A DNA stretch of 64,000 nucleotides from Malacoraja senta (taxonomy: Eukaryota): assembly GCA_038087875.1 (NCBI GenBank), contig CM075994.1:2172001-2236000 (forward strand). Direction: 5' to 3'. The translations under genes and the position numbers were made by a program. Every line of letters starts with the position of its first letter. Position 1 is the stretch's first letter. The notes beneath the pieces were generated by a model. The model saw only the letters and a program-made list of their open reading frames with translations, made no database searches and was not told the origin of the DNA. Below are positions 25,519 through 39,244 of the stretch, piece by piece.

Positions 25519-27793
25519 GTATGTGCAGCTATTGATTTAAATCTAAAGCACAAATTTAAAATGAAATAATTTTCTGTGGCACATTTCGCGTTAGTTGGTG
25601 AATATTGAAAGTCTATTGAGAGAGAATTTCAGGACACCAGTTCGCTGTGTACCTTTATGTTGTATCCCAAATACTATTAGTAATTAATGGAAATTTGAAA
25701 TGACAATAAAATGCTGGAAATAATTAGCAGGTGGAGAGATGTAGGGTGAACGGTCGGCCTGCTCCTACTCATTTTTTTCGAGCTGAAGAGAATATGGTTA
25801 AAATGGCGTGATGAAAGGTGCTCATGTGTATCCAACATTTTGTGAGAGTTCAATGAGTGGATGTCCCAGAGTTGGTAGTTGGCAATTACAGTAATACTTG
25901 CAAACTGTGTGTTTAGATTTCATTTTGATGAAAGCTACAGAATCTGTTTAATCTATGGAAGTTTGATTAGTCCTCACTTAATAATTACGTTTCATCCTGG
26001 TGCCCGATCCAGGCAACCCCCTGATTTGTTCAGGGTGCTGATGTTCCACTTTTCGCTGGGCCAGTTTTGTGCCCAGAGGGCGCGTCCCGCAGTTGACCTT
26101 GAGGGCACAGAAGGCAAGACCCCAGATCACTTTCCTATCGGCCTTGCTTCTCGCGGCTGTCGTCTCTGGCTTCCTCCACTTTGGTACTCCGGTCTTCGGG
26201 GGATGAGCAGGGACCAGGATCAGCAGCTTCCCCTCTACAGGCCACAGCCTGCCTGGTCATTCTGCGTCTGGCCACGGGTTCAGAGTTCCACAGCAGGCGA
26301 GCCAGGCCTGTTGTGTGCCATAGCTCACCGGAATCCTCCTGCCGCACAACTCACCAGGATCCTCAATTTCACCAGCTATTAATTTCCCAGGAAGAGGTTG
26401 AATCTCAAGTCACATAAGTGATGGTGCTGAGAATTTGTTTTTCTTTTATTTTCTGACTATTGAAAGCAAGAGCTATGTAATGTTACAAGCCTTTGTTATT
26501 TTACTTGGCAGGCAAAAGGCCCTTTCATAATACTTTTATGGTTTAATTTTCAATCATGGTTGCCATTATTTGCCTTTCTACAGATGGTTAGAATTTAGTA
26601 GAAACCCAAGGCAAAGTATTAACTTCCTAAAATAATTCATCTAGAAAGAACTGATTAGTTGGTTGCATTGTCCCTCGTATTATTGATCTGTTAGTTTGAG
26701 TTATACAACTTTTGACCAACAGATGGTGATGCTGACCGAGATTAAATAACTATGAACAACTGAAATAGATGCCAACCTTCAATAAATCTCTGGGATTATA
26801 GAAATGGGATTATGGCCACCAAATAATTTACTGTCAAAATATGACATTCTGTGTCTTATCCAGATTTGTGGTAGGATCACTTAGAATTGCTATTTCAAAG
26901 CACCAAATATACTCTTTCCATATTTTCTTTTGTCGGCTTGCAGGATAATGTAAAGTGTCATAATATCTGACTTGTTCTTTTACCATTCCTTTCAGTATTC
27001 TAAAATTAGCATTCCGTTTATGTGAGGGTCAGTTTCTTGTGTAGCTCTTCGGGTACAAAAGTCGGAATCAGTAGGAATCTGCTCAGATTGCAGGGAGAAA
27101 ATTGGGCTATAAATCCTTGTGCTTAAATAGAATTGTTGTAATTTATTAAAGATATCGCAGTCCTGATATTTTCTCTCTCTATTTGTTCTCTGACATTATG
27201 TTGCTCTGCACCCAGTCATCAATGACAAAATATTGCTCCAATTACACTAGTATGATGACAAACCTAAATTCGGGCCTGAATCTGGGTGTATTTCAGTTTA
27301 TTCCTGGATGAAACTACATTTGGTGACATCAGTGGGTAGTCCTTATTTTAAGTGGACTTAAGCTGTCTATGTGGTTTAAAACAGTTAGCTGTAATAATGT
27401 TGTTAATGTTGCAAAAATGCTTCAAGTCCATCATAGTAATAACCAAGCTTGAAATGGTCTCCAGCGTTACCATTTGGATACTTAATATTTTGACATGTAT
27501 GCACCCCTTGCTAAGATAGTAGGCCTCACCAGACTGCAGGCAGTTTCTGTTCCTTCTGTAGGGTTCAACCAGAAAAAAATTGTTTTTAGCTGCAGTTTCC
27601 TGAAACTAGGTATGTTTATTCAGCACTAAATCAAATTCACAAATGCTTTTGCCATTTTCTCAGATTATATGTATTACTTTGAATTCATGCAACAAGAAAT
27701 ATTATTTCTTGCATACCTTTCACCTATATACAGAACTGTAAGATGTGTTTTTTTCAGCCAGCTATTAATTATCCTTTCTCTTGATTTCACCAG

Positions 27794-27938
27794 ATGAAAC
27801 CTTTGGCAACAACTTGATTTCAAACATGATTGACAGCTGTAATTGTTCTGACTCCAGTGATATAGAACTAAGTGATGACTGGGTTGGGAAAAAATCTCCA
27901 AAGATATCTCGTGCAAGCAAATCCCCCAAATTACCCAG
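27794..27938 (+). CDS. TULP4: TULP4 coding exon 9 (DETFGNNLIS...SKSPKLPR)
   Basis: ttcaccag| acceptor, CAG|gtatgc donor, 145 nt. Confidence 0.96.
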
Positions 27939-28376
27939 GTATGCCACCTAGCTGAGATCTCGCATGTATGATTTGAGTACTTTTGTTATATTAAATTTTT
28001 CCAGAGAAGTTTTTTGCTACATGTCTTTGCTTCGTTGATGCTTTTCACTAAATAAATTGAACTGCTTTGAATTTAAAATGTGCAGCATTTTTCCAAAGCC
28101 TTCTGTCCAAGTTAATTTTGGAGTGCTTTTAATTTGAATGAATAAGTTTGAATGAATAAGTTTATTGGCCAAGTATTCACATACAAGAAATTTGCCTTGG
28201 TGCTTCGCCTGCAAGTGACAACATGACATACAGTGACAGTTAGGAATGACACATAAAATATTAATCATTAATAATAAAACATTATCGATTAGGTGTCATT
28301 TGGTGTAATGTCCCAAGATGTTTAGAGAAAGAAATAAAAGTTGACACCAAGTTATGTAATAAATAGTGGGGCAGGT

Positions 28377-29133
28377 ATAGAAACATAGAAACATAGAAAA
28401 TAGATGCAGGAGTAGGCCATTCGGCCCTTCGAGCCTGCACCGCCATTTGATATGATCATGGCTGATCATCCAACTCAGTATCCTGTACCTGCCTTCTCTC
28501 CATACCCCCTGATCCCTTTAGCCACAAGGGCCACATCTAACTCCCTCTTAAATATAGCCAATGAACTGGCCTCAACTACCTTCTGTGGCAGAGAATTCCA
28601 CAGATTCACCACTCTCTGTGTAAAAAATGATTTCCTCATCTCGGTCCTAAAAGTCTTCCCTCTTATCCTTAAACTGTGACCCCTAGTTCTGGACTTCCCC
28701 AACATCGGGAATAATTTTCCTGCATCTAGCCTGTCCAACTCCTTAAGAATTTTGTAAGTTTCTATAAGATCCCCCCTCAGTCTTCTGAATTCCAACGTGT
28801 ACAAGCCGAGTCTATCCAGTCTTTCCTCATATGAAAGTCCTGCCATCCCAGGAATCATCTGGTGAACCTTCTCTGTACTCCCTCTATGGCAAGAATGTCT
28901 TTCCTCAGATTAGGAGACCAAAACTGTACGCAATACTCCAGGTGTGGTCTCACCAAGACCCTGTACAACTGCAGTAGAACCTTCCTGCTCTTATACTCAA
29001 ATCCTTTTGCTATGAATGCTAACATACCATTTGCTTTCTTCACTGCCTGCTGCACCTGCATGCCTACTTTCAATGACTGGTGTACCATGACACCCAGGTC
29101 TCGTTGCATCTCCCCTTTTCCTAATCGGCCACC
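28377..29133 (-). mobile_element. Young 5'-truncated CR1 LINE (same subfamily as 12034-13220 and 63561-64000)
   Basis: Near-identical to the 12034 copy; (ATAGAAAC)n tail; YRVLVRPHLEYC motif. Confidence 0.93.
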
Positions 29134-30449
29134 ACTAATCGGTATGTAAAAGGTTGGTCAATAAAAGTATTTGAGAGAGCAATAGGGGAGAAGAGAGGGG
29201 TAAAAGGTTTTGGGAATATGAGCAAGGAGAGCAGTGCCACCCCAATGGAACACAGGATTGGTAGAACAGATGTTTACGAGGATTTCAAGGAACAGTGAGA
29301 GGTGAGGGGGGGTGCGGGGTGTAAGAGTAGAAAGGGTGAGTTTATTTTAAATGAAGACATTGCCAAACCAGGAGCCAGTGTGTATAGGGGTGATAGACGA
29401 ATGAGGGTTATGTCACATGATGAGGTGCAGCACGATGTTGAATGAACTCTGGCTGGAAGATGCCTGATGCATCCAGAGGATTGGAGTTGATGACGCTAAA
29501 AGGTGAATGAGGGGGGCAGAGACGGGTAATTTATAGGTAGGCTTATTGTTAGTGAGAATATGAAGCTGATCATTATTTTTTATTTTTTTAAGATAAATAG
29601 CAGATCTAGATTAACCTTGGCCAATGGCCGCCTACAGCAATGATGTTGGTGCTTAGAAACAAGTTTTGATAGAAGGGTGTAGACAATAAATAGAATGTTA
29701 TCAAATGGTGAGGAGGAACAAAGGGACCTTGGAGTCTAGTATGTTTTTAAAAGTAGCAGGATGGGTCAATGATTTGATTAAAAAGGCCTCCGGGATGCTT
29801 TCCTTTATTAGCCATGGGAAAATGGTTTAAGAGGCTCTGCTAGAAGAGTTTAGTTTATTATTGTCGCGTGTGCCGAGGTACAGTGAAAAGCTTTTTGTTG
29901 CGTGCTATACTAATACCAGTTAGTCCACAAGTTGGCCATCCATACAGTCCATATTACGGGAAAGATGGAATTGATCAAGAGTTCAGAGGCGATTTATGCC
30001 AGAGATATTGCCAGAACTTGAAAATTGTAGCTGCATTGTACCCCAGGTAACAGAAATTCACCCTTATGGCATTTACAAATCTTTACAACAACATTTGATC
30101 GGAAAAAAACTAGAATTTGTGACAACAACAAAAAAAACCCACAATGTATTCAGAGAATTGAACTAATTTACCAAGGATAATAAAACTACCTTGATTCTTG
30201 ACAATGATTGCCGGCTGCCGGTTCATAGCGAGAGGTCAATAAGATGAGATTTACTCTGGAAACTGACAAGACAATCTCTTCTATTGAAGCGTGTACCAAT
30301 GCCACCTCAAGCAATGTAAAATCCATTTCTAATTAAAACAACGACACTTTCTCATTGCCTTTAATACACTCGGGATTCCCTTACCTATAGACTGCATTAC
30401 CTACAGTGGTATTACTGTTGAGGAAAAAAATTCCCTTAGGATGCATCTC

Positions 30450-30941
30450 AATAGACAATAGGTGCATGAGTAGGCCATTCAGCCCTTCGAGCCAGCACCT
30501 CCATTTAATGTGATCATGGCTGATCATCCCCAATCAGTACCCTGTTCCTGCCTTCTCCCCATATCCTCTGACCGCTATTTTTAAGAGCCTTATCTAGCTC
30601 TCTTGAAAGCATCCAGTGAACCTGCCTCCATCGCCCTCTGAGGCAGAGAATTCCACAGACTGAGAAAAAGTGTTTCCTCGTCTCCGTTCTAAATGGCTTA
30701 CTCATTCTTAAACTGTGGCCCCTGGTTCTGGACTCCCCCAACATCGGGAACATGTTTCCTGCCTCTAGCATGTCCAAACCCTTAACAATCTTATATGTTT
30801 CAATGAGATGCCCTCTCATCCTTCTAAACTCCAGAGTGTACAAGCCCAGCTGCTCCATTCTCTCAGCATATGACAGTCCCGCCATCCCGGGAATTAACCT
30901 TGTAAACCCACGCTGCACTCCCTCAATAGCAAGAATGTCCT
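30450..30941 (-). mobile_element. CR1 LINE 3' fragment (second subfamily, caatagacaatag tail)
   Basis: FTRLIPGMAGLSYAERMEQLGLYTLEFRRMRG...SRTRGHSLR. Confidence 0.9.
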
Positions 30942-31543
30942 TGCTCCATGTATAGTATGTGATTCAACAGGAAAGATGGTTTGCATTATGGAAAATGGCA
31001 GCATGGGTAGTTTTCTTGGAATCAACCCTTCAGAAATGCAGGGGGTACACTGTATCAGGAAAGAATGAATAGGTTGTTTTACTTCTAAAACAGCTGAGAG
31101 GAGACTTAACAGAGATATCAAATTGTGTGGTTGAGATTAGAGACATGAGGCAAACTTTTTTCAGGTTGTCTGGAACTCGCTGCTGAAAGTTCAGTACAGG
31201 CAGAACCCTTGTTACATTTTAAACAGCATTGGGATGTGTACTGGATGGGTGTGACCAGCAAGCTTATGGACTGGGCAGCATTAGGCTGAGTCGTTCCTTT
31301 TTGACTGGCATGAACTTGATAGACCAAATTACCATCTACGCTGAAAATATACCAAATGATTGTTTCAGTTTCTTGGACTACATATAAATAAAAAACAAAT
31401 ATTCTTTTTAGCATTCTGTCAGAGGTGTTATTTGATTCTAAATCAAGTAATTATAGCCAAAGCAGCTATTGGTCTGCAAAAATGAGCTACAGCAGACGAA
31501 GGATATTATAACTTCATACTAATCCATGTGCATTTTTCATCAG

Positions 31544-31688
31544 AATTAATCTTGATGCTAGAAAATCACCCAAACTTTCTCGGGCTAGCCAGGAGATATC
31601 AAAGTCTCCACGATTACCAATTAGGAAACCTTCTATTGGTTCCCCAAGCTTAACTCGTAAAGAATTTCCTTTAGAAGATATCATGCAG
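31544..31688 (+). CDS. TULP4: TULP4 coding exon 10 (INLDARKSPKL...FPLEDIMQ)
   Basis: ttttcatcag| acceptor, CAG|gtatga donor, 145 nt. Confidence 0.96.
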
Positions 31689-32129
31689 GTATGAAGTTAT
31701 ACATTTGATTCCTTACTAGAAGTCTTGTTTGATATTAAAGTGAAATGAGTAGTACAGATTAACTTAACAGTTACATTTTTAGTCGATACTCGTGTTCTGT
31801 GCACAAGAACCAAGAAAGAATGGAAAATTTGAACAATAAGTTGTCAATCTTCTAATGTGTTGTATTGTTTGGGATACATCTTAATATTGTGGATGACTTT
31901 TGGGAATGAAAATTATCCATTATCCAGAATGAAGATTAATCACTGCTTTTAGATTAGTTAAAAAATGTTAATTACACAGTCCTACCTTGTCCCAACAGTA
32001 TAACCTGCTGTAAAGCTCAAATTAATATATATTATGGAATCTGCCTGCCATATCAATAAATTTGGATGTTAATGTAAGCCAGTATTACTGATATTTAAAA
32101 AAAAAAACATATACAATTGTTTGTTTCAG

Positions 32130-32223
32130 CACAACTATCTTGCTCAGGTCACATCCAATATTTGGGGGACAAAGTTCAAGATTGTAGGATTGGCTGCATT
32201 TCTACCAAGTAATCTTGGTGCAG
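32130..32223 (+). CDS. TULP4: TULP4 coding exon 11 (HNYLAQVTSNIWGTKFKIVG...NLGA)
   Basis: tgtttcag| acceptor, CAG|gtagga donor, 94 nt. Confidence 0.96.
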
Positions 32224-32299
32224 GTAGGAATTCAGATGTTAATACTCTGTCTAGGAACTAGTTCATGTTTATTAATGTTGCAAGTTAGCTCTGATACTG

Positions 32300-32925
32300 G
32301 AAACCAGAAGTACCTGGCATTTAAGGTTTTGAAGGACGTAGCCACCAGACTGTGTTTGTGGCAAGTAGCGAGTAAGCCAAGGATAGAGGTGAACCATCTT
32401 GACCTCATCCTCACCAATCTACATGTGACCCTGTCCATGACAGTATTCGTAGAATTGACCACAGAATGGTCTGTGTGGAGACATTATCCTGTCTTCACAC
32501 TAAGGATGCTCTCCACAAGATAACACTACATTTCTGTTGCATTGAGTAGAATCAACAGATCTGGGAGTTCAAATCTGCACATATATGAGGTGCTACGGAT
32601 CATCATCAGCAACAGAAATATGCACCATCATAATCTGTAGCCTTCCTTACAGTAAAGCCAGGAAATCAATACTTGTTCGATGATGAGTGCATAGAGACGT
32701 GCTGGAATGAGATGCCAGCTGCTGCAGAGGACTACGTGCAGCAGCTGGCATGCTAGACAGCAAAAAACATGTAACGGACAGTGAAATGACCTCGTGACCA
32801 ACCAACAAATCAGGTCCAAGCTCGTCAGTCATACCATGACGTCTTGAACGGTGCTGCGTGATAAGGCAGCTAACAGGAGGAGACGATGCCATGAATATTT
32901 CCATTCTAAACTCGCTCTTCATAAT
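32300..32925 (+). mobile_element. Highly degenerate LINE fragment (clade uncertain)
   Basis: NHLDLILTN endonuclease-like motif at about 32390 and KPGNQ..FDDEC-like linker remnant. Confidence 0.5.
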
Positions 32926-34199
32926 CACCATCCTGCAGGTTACCATTAGTCAGCAATTAGTACCAGACATGCACATCATAGCTACAAGACCATCATAGTG
33001 ACAGATGCATCAAGGATGAAATCAAGTTGGCGCACCTCTCATGTGGGTGTCCTGCAGTCGGTGACCTGCCTTTGGCAGCTCAAAGCATTCAACCACAAAC
33101 AAAGCACCAGTCAGCAATGATCCAGCAAGCTCAGATCCTAAAAAATGGCATTATCAAAAATGTAAACTGGTTCTCCATATTATTCCTGGCATTTTGGGCA
33201 AGCGAGAGAACAGTATTTACCCTCCTAGCTATGCAGTCCCTGATTCCCGCTAATTCCTTTTCACTCCGCCTGCTTAAATGGCCCCATTACCACAGTGCTG
33301 TGGTCACTATGCTCATCCACCTCTGCTCTCATCCAACAGGCTGCAATAACCTCAGACCCTTTGGCACGTGTAAGGGCTGAAGCTCCTGCAACACCACTTT
33401 CTGGATCCCCATACCAGCCTCACTTGTAGTCACAACCTCCTGTCCTTGACTGACCAATTCTACTTAATCTCAGGGATGTGACTGCCTTCTGGAACAAAGG
33501 TGTCCAGGTAACCTCCCCCTTCCTGATGCATTACAGTGTCTGAATCTCAGATTCCAGATCATCTGGTCTGAGCCCAAGGCCATCAGGTTGCATTCACTTG
33601 CTGTTAATGTGATTGCCATGGATCCCAATGTTTCCATCAGCTTCCATGTACAATTACAGTACACCATTTGCCCTTTCATGCCTCGCTGACGATATCTATA
33701 ATTTTGTTACCATCGCCCTTTACTCACTGGAATTCCATACACATCAGTTTCCAATCTGGATGTTGCACACAGAGGAATACTGTACTACGCCTGGCATTTT
33801 TAGCTGACACTACAGATCTGTGTTCCTCAGTTAACATTCTTGATGTCAAATAATCAGGAGCATTTGGACAACCGTTATCCCTTATCAGATGGCAACAATG
33901 TATGTGTTTCACGTGTTCACGTGGCCAAACAAATGAACCATAGTTATCACAAGAACTGGAGGAGCAGGTGGAGGCCACTCAGATCCTTGAGCTTGCCCTG
34001 TCATTCTATACGATCTTGGGTTGATGTGTGCTCAATTGTTCTCCTGTACCAGATGTCCATAATCCTCAATTTCTCCATCTTTCAGATATTTCTATACACC
34101 TTAAACATGTCTAATGAACTAGCCACCATATTCTTTCAGAGACAGAGAATGCCAGATCACTCCAAGAAGATTTTAACACAAGTCCGTTTCAAGTGACTT

Positions 34200-35260
34200 T
34201 TAATTTTCTCCCGTATGAGCTTTTTAATTTTCTGCTGCTGGATCTGAAAATCTTCCAAGTTCTTTGACCTACCACCGGTCCTAGCAAATGTGTATGCCCT
34301 ACTTTTCAATTAACACTATCCTTTACCTCCTTTGTTAACCACAGATTGTGCCTCTGTCTCATGTAAGCCCTCAATTGGATAAATTCCTGCTGCGTGTTAT
34401 GAGCCAGCTATTTGAGCATCTGCCACTGTTCATCTATTGACATGTCGTGGGACAAATTTTTCCAGACCATCTTGGACACTGCGCAATGGTGCAGCGAGTA
34501 GAGCTGCTGCCTCACAGCGCAAGAAACCCAAATTAGATCCTGATCTTGGGTGCTGGCTGCGTGGAGTTTGTATGTTCTCCCTGTGACCACATGGGTTTTC
34601 TCCAGCTTTTCCGGTTTTCTCCCACATCCCAAAGATGTGTCCGTTGTAGGCTAATTGGCCTCTAAAATCACCCTTAATGTGCAGAATAGATGAGAAAATG
34701 GAATAACATAGAACTAGTATAAACAATTGATTAACAGTCAGTGTGCGTTCGGTGGCTGAAAGGCTTATTGCCATGCTGTATCTCTACACCAAACTAAACC
34801 CCCACCTATAATTACCTTTAAGTTGAGGACAGTGGTTTTGGTCCTGTGACGTTCTCCCTCAAACTACAATCTTTTAACTACAAATAAATTATCTTATTTG
34901 TGGTCAACACCTTCTAGGCGATCTTTAACCACAAGCTCTCCTATTAATATTTCCTCATTACTCATGAGCAAATCGAAAATGACCAGTTCCATGGTAGGCA
35001 TAACAAACTGTTCTATGAAGAAATCCCTGATTCTTCCCCAAAATTCTTCTACAAAATCCTTTGCCAGGGTGATTTGTCCACTCAATATGTAGATTAAAAC
35101 TTCCCATGACCATTGGGGTTCCCTTCAAACATGCCGTAGACATTTATCCATTTATGCTCTGCCCTATCAAGTCATATTTTAGGGGCTTGTAGACTACTAC
35201 CTGTGTCTTCATTCCCCTGCAGTTCATGATTTCAACTTAAACCGATTCTACATTGCTATC
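34200..35260 (-). mobile_element. Degenerate CR1 endonuclease-region fragment with nested V-SINE (+, about 34475-34800)
   Basis: VMGSFNLHIEW, FFIEQFVMPT...IFDLLMSNE remnants; the SINE has a V-domain and ctaaac tail. Confidence 0.65.
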
Positions 35261-35509
35261 CACTGCCTCCGTTTGCTTACAGATGCCTTGAGAATATTGC
35301 TATAGAAATACAAATCTGCTGTTGTATTTCCTGCTTTTGAATAGTTGTAAACAAAATTGTGTCGCACACACGAGCATGGTGTGTAAACTTTAGCAGAAGA
35401 ACTATCTTGAAATTGATCAAATTGTATTTATGATATCAGCTGAATATTTTTTTAAATAGCAAATCGAATCAATTGAAAGGAGTTCGATTTGAGGATAATT
35501 CTGTTGTGC

Positions 35510-35746
35510 TGATAGTGGGACATATCTCAGTTTTTCTTTTCTCTTTTTCTCTCACTTTTTTGTCAGTTCAGGGGGTTTTCCTTCTCTCTTTGTATCTTTT
35601 TTTCTTTTTCTTCATTCTTTTCTTTTTACTTTTTTTTCCGATTCATTTATCAGTTTATAAAATGTTAAAACTGAAGCTGTACGAAAATTGTATAATTGTT
35701 ATGTCGATTGCTTTCTTCTTGTACAATTGCTTCTAATGAAATAAAC

Positions 35747-35775
<29 letters not shown>
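35510..35775 (+). mobile_element. 5'-truncated L1-like poly(A) retroinsertion
   Basis: T-rich 3'UTR-like body, AATAAA, about 25-nt poly(A), 13-bp TSD AATTCTGTTGTGC (35497-35509, 35776-35788). Confidence 0.75.
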
Positions 35776-35777
<2 letters not shown>

Positions 35778-36293
35778 TTCTGTTGTGCAAAGCAAGAATT
35801 TCATTGTCCTATCTGGGACACATGACAATAAACTATCTTGAATCTTGAATCTAATATCACTGATTCCTTGATCCATATTTGTGAAATTAAGCAGTTGCAT
35901 TTATTGCTTGCTAAGTGGTGGCAAATGTTTGAACAGAATGTTGCCTTTAGGAGCTTTAAATGATACCAATTTCCCTCTGGGGATGAATAAAGTTGTATTA
36001 TACAAGCCTCACAAATGTCACCATTTCATTGGTCCACCAAGGCCTATTGGATCTCCAGATTGTTAACCATTTTAAGTACCATTCCCATACTGACTTTACT
36101 GTCCTGGGCTGCGCCGCCATTGCCAGAGTGGGGCCACATGCCAACTAGATGAACAGCACCTCTGATTTCATTCGGGTAGATTACCAACCACCCGTACACT
36201 TTTTTTGTAAATCAGCATCTGCAGTTCCTTGTTTTTCTGTCTCTCATAAGTTTGACTGTTGATGTTTGCTCTCACTTTGCAATTTCTTTAACA

Positions 36294-36763
36294 ATAGATT
36301 GGCGGGACTGACATATGATGAAAGAATGGGTCGACTGGGCTTGTATTCCCCGGAATTTAGAAGGATGAGAGGGTATCTTATAGAGACATATAAAATTCTT
36401 AAAGGATTGGACAGGCCATATGCAGGAAAAATGTTCCCAATGTTGGGGGAGTCCAGAACCAAGGGTCACAGTTTAAGAATAAGGGGTAGGCCATTTAGGA
36501 CTGGGATGAGGAAAAACTTCTTCACCCAGAGAGTTGTGAATCTGTGGAATTCTCTGCCACAGAAGGCAGTGGAGGCCAATTCACTGGATCTTTTCAAGAG
36601 AGAGGTAGATTTAGCTCTTAGGGCTAAAGGAATCAAGGGATAGGGGGAAAAAGCAGGAACGGGGTACTGACTTTAGATGATCAGCCATGATCATATTGAA
36701 TGACGGTGCTGGATCAAAGGGCCAAATGGCCTACTCCTGCACCTATTTTTCTGTTTCTATGTT
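36294..36763 (+). mobile_element. CR1 LINE 3' fragment
   Basis: AGLTYDERMGRLGLYSPEFRRMRG...NFFTQRVVNLWNSLP; tttctatg tail. Confidence 0.9.
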
Positions 36764-37491
36764 TTAAATCAAAACTGCTGGATTGTTTAGTGTATTCCAT
36801 TTTCTAGCACATTTTAATATTAAAGCAACAACTTTAACATTAACTCATACTTGAGTAATTAATTTCTTAACTTGTATTGCAATAAATGATTTTCTGGCCA
36901 ACAGATATTCATGTCTGAGACAGATGATTTAAATTATGAAGTGCTAAAATAATCATCAAGGATATTTTGAAGAGAATAAAGACAATAAAGCCGTATAAGA
37001 CCCACAAGGTTTTCCATGAAAGGAAGGAATGTGCATTAAAGGACAAGAATGATGTTGGGGAAGTGTTTTTAATATGAAGTACACAGAATTAGTATATAAA
37101 TTGGATCCTCTTTGGATTTAAAGAACAAAAGAAACACTGCTCCCTGTTTCATAATACAAATGTTTGATGAATACAAATTTAGACTACAGCACAACATAAC
37201 ATTTAGGAGGTTTTGATGGATGAAACTGAGTATAAAATATGGTTATTCGAGGGTTTTGTTCATTGCTATTAAACATAAATTCCTTTCTGTAATCAGCTTC
37301 CATAATCTTTCTTCATGCTCTCACTTCCTAGTTCAATTAGCTCTTTCGCAGATTCCATGTCAATACTGAATTAGTTACCCTTGGCTTCAGTGTAATTTGA
37401 TGTATTGAAATTTGATGTGTGTAATACATCTGATGTATTTAAACTGCCTAGTAGTACGTGTGATTTACCTCAATTATCCTGTCGTTCTCAG

Positions 37492-37635
37492 TAATCTATA
37501 AAACCAGCCTGCTGCATCTTCAGCCCAGACAAATGACCATCTACCTGCCAGAGGTACGCAAGCTGTCAATGGACTTGATGAACATGTCCATGTTCAATCC
37601 CAGTGTCTTCAGTGAGGATGAGGATGATCTTGCGG
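37492..37635 (+). CDS. TULP4: TULP4 coding exon 12 (VIYKTSLLHLQPRQMTIYLPE...EDEDDLA)
   Basis: gttctcag| acceptor, CGG|gtgagt donor, 144 nt. Confidence 0.96.
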
Positions 37636-38274
37636 GTGAGTCTGTTCTAGGATTTGTACTAGGTGTGTAAACTAATAAGAGGCAAATTTGTGTCATCTCT
37701 TCAATATTTTGGTTAAAATTCCAAGGACATTGAAGTCTGCCGATGATTGTATGTTAGGACTTGGTCCTGCTCCTTTTCTTTACGTGTTATTCAAATCGGC
37801 AGTGTTACTTATATTAGGCCTCCAATTTCTAACAAATATACACTTTTTGATAATGCACAAAATTTAATAATTAACATTTAACACTCAGATATTCAATTTA
37901 AATTCCACACTCAGATTTTTTCAGGCTGTTTAGGTCCTTTTCACAACCGAAAACACTATGATTTTTCGAAGGAAATTTTGACGATACAATTTAAATTTTT
38001 AATGTTCTAGTATTTCTCCAAGTTATGGGTAAAGGATAATTGTATGTATAGTTAACATATTATTCAACGAATAAGGAGGGCCTTGCACGCAACTGATTTG
38101 TATTTCTCTCTATTTCTGAGTTGAACGCACAGACAATCTTCCTTCAATGTAACCCAAACTTCATTCACATCCTTTGTGACGACAGATGAAAAGTACTTAT
38201 TTAATAGTTTAATCATGATGTCTTTTCATACTTGAATTTCTTTGGCCCGCAATCAGCCCAATGTCCTTTCGTAG

Positions 38275-38442
38275 ATGTGTGGGAAAGAATTGCAGATGCT
38301 GGTTTAAATCAAAAGTAGACGCAAAATGCTGGAATAACTCAAGCAGCATCTCAGAAGAAGGGTCTTGACCCGAAACGTCACCCATTCCTTCTCTCCAGAG
38401 ATGTTGCCTGTCCCGCTGAGCTACTCCAGCATTTTGTGTCCT
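38275..38442. mobile_element. Penelope-derived foldback element with hammerhead-like core
   Basis: Inverted arms gacgcaaaatgctgga..actca / tgagctactccagcattttgtgtc around cagaaga-agggtcttgaccc-gaaacgtc. Confidence 0.7.
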
Positions 38443-38447
38443 TTCGT

Positions 38448-38942
38448 AGATAAGCTGTTTAAAGCAATGTCCAAACATGAACCAGTTCAAAATGACATAC
38501 AAAAAACTTTTTTTCACAAGGTACAGGGATGAAGGGGATGGTTGACAAACAGGGGTTAATGTTTATTTATTATTTATTTATGTCTTTTGGTTACTTCATA
38601 CATATTACGTGTATGTGTATATCAGTTGTATGTATATATATATGTCTATGTATCTCTAAAAATTGTCTGGGGTATTATTATTATTAATTAATTAATTATT
38701 AAATATGGAAGAAGGGTTTAGGGAGAAGGGGTGAGATTAAATAAGTTATTCTTCTCACTCCTTTTCGAGCTTGTAAAGAAAAAGTGTTGGACATTTAAAT
38801 TTTGCATTATGCTTTTCATTGCTTTGCAAATATTGCCTGGAATGTCCAATGTTTGACTATTTCGATTTTGTCATTGTTATTTATTTCTATTTATGTCTTT
38901 ACTTGTTCGGAACAAATAAATAAATAAATAAATAAATAAAGT
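38448..38942 (+). mobile_element. LINE 3' end with (ATAA)n tail (clade uncertain)
   Basis: End-of-ORF-like LKQCPNMNQFKMTYKKLFFTRY, AT-rich UTR, (ATAA)n at 38914-38940. Confidence 0.5.
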
Positions 38943-39244
38943 TTAAAAGTGACCTTGCCAAGGCAGCGTGAGGTGCAGAGGAGGTTGGTCTGTGTGATGG
39001 TCTGGGCTGCGTCCACAATTCTCTGCAATTTCTTGTCGTCTTGGATAAAGCTGTTCCCAAACCATCCCGATAAAATGCTTTCTACAGAGCATCTGTAAAA
39101 GACACCTGACACCTATAATGACACCTACAACAACATGAGGTTAATTTTTTTTTGTGAAGTAGGATAATATTTGTTTTTATACTACTTTTGACGGGATAAT
39201 TTTGAACGTTTATGTTGTACAGTCCAACGAAAACGTTTCCTCAT

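Noticed and set aside
25879..26382. 167-aa intronic ORF
   Set aside because: Non-ATG start, no domain motif, and explained by local GC richness.
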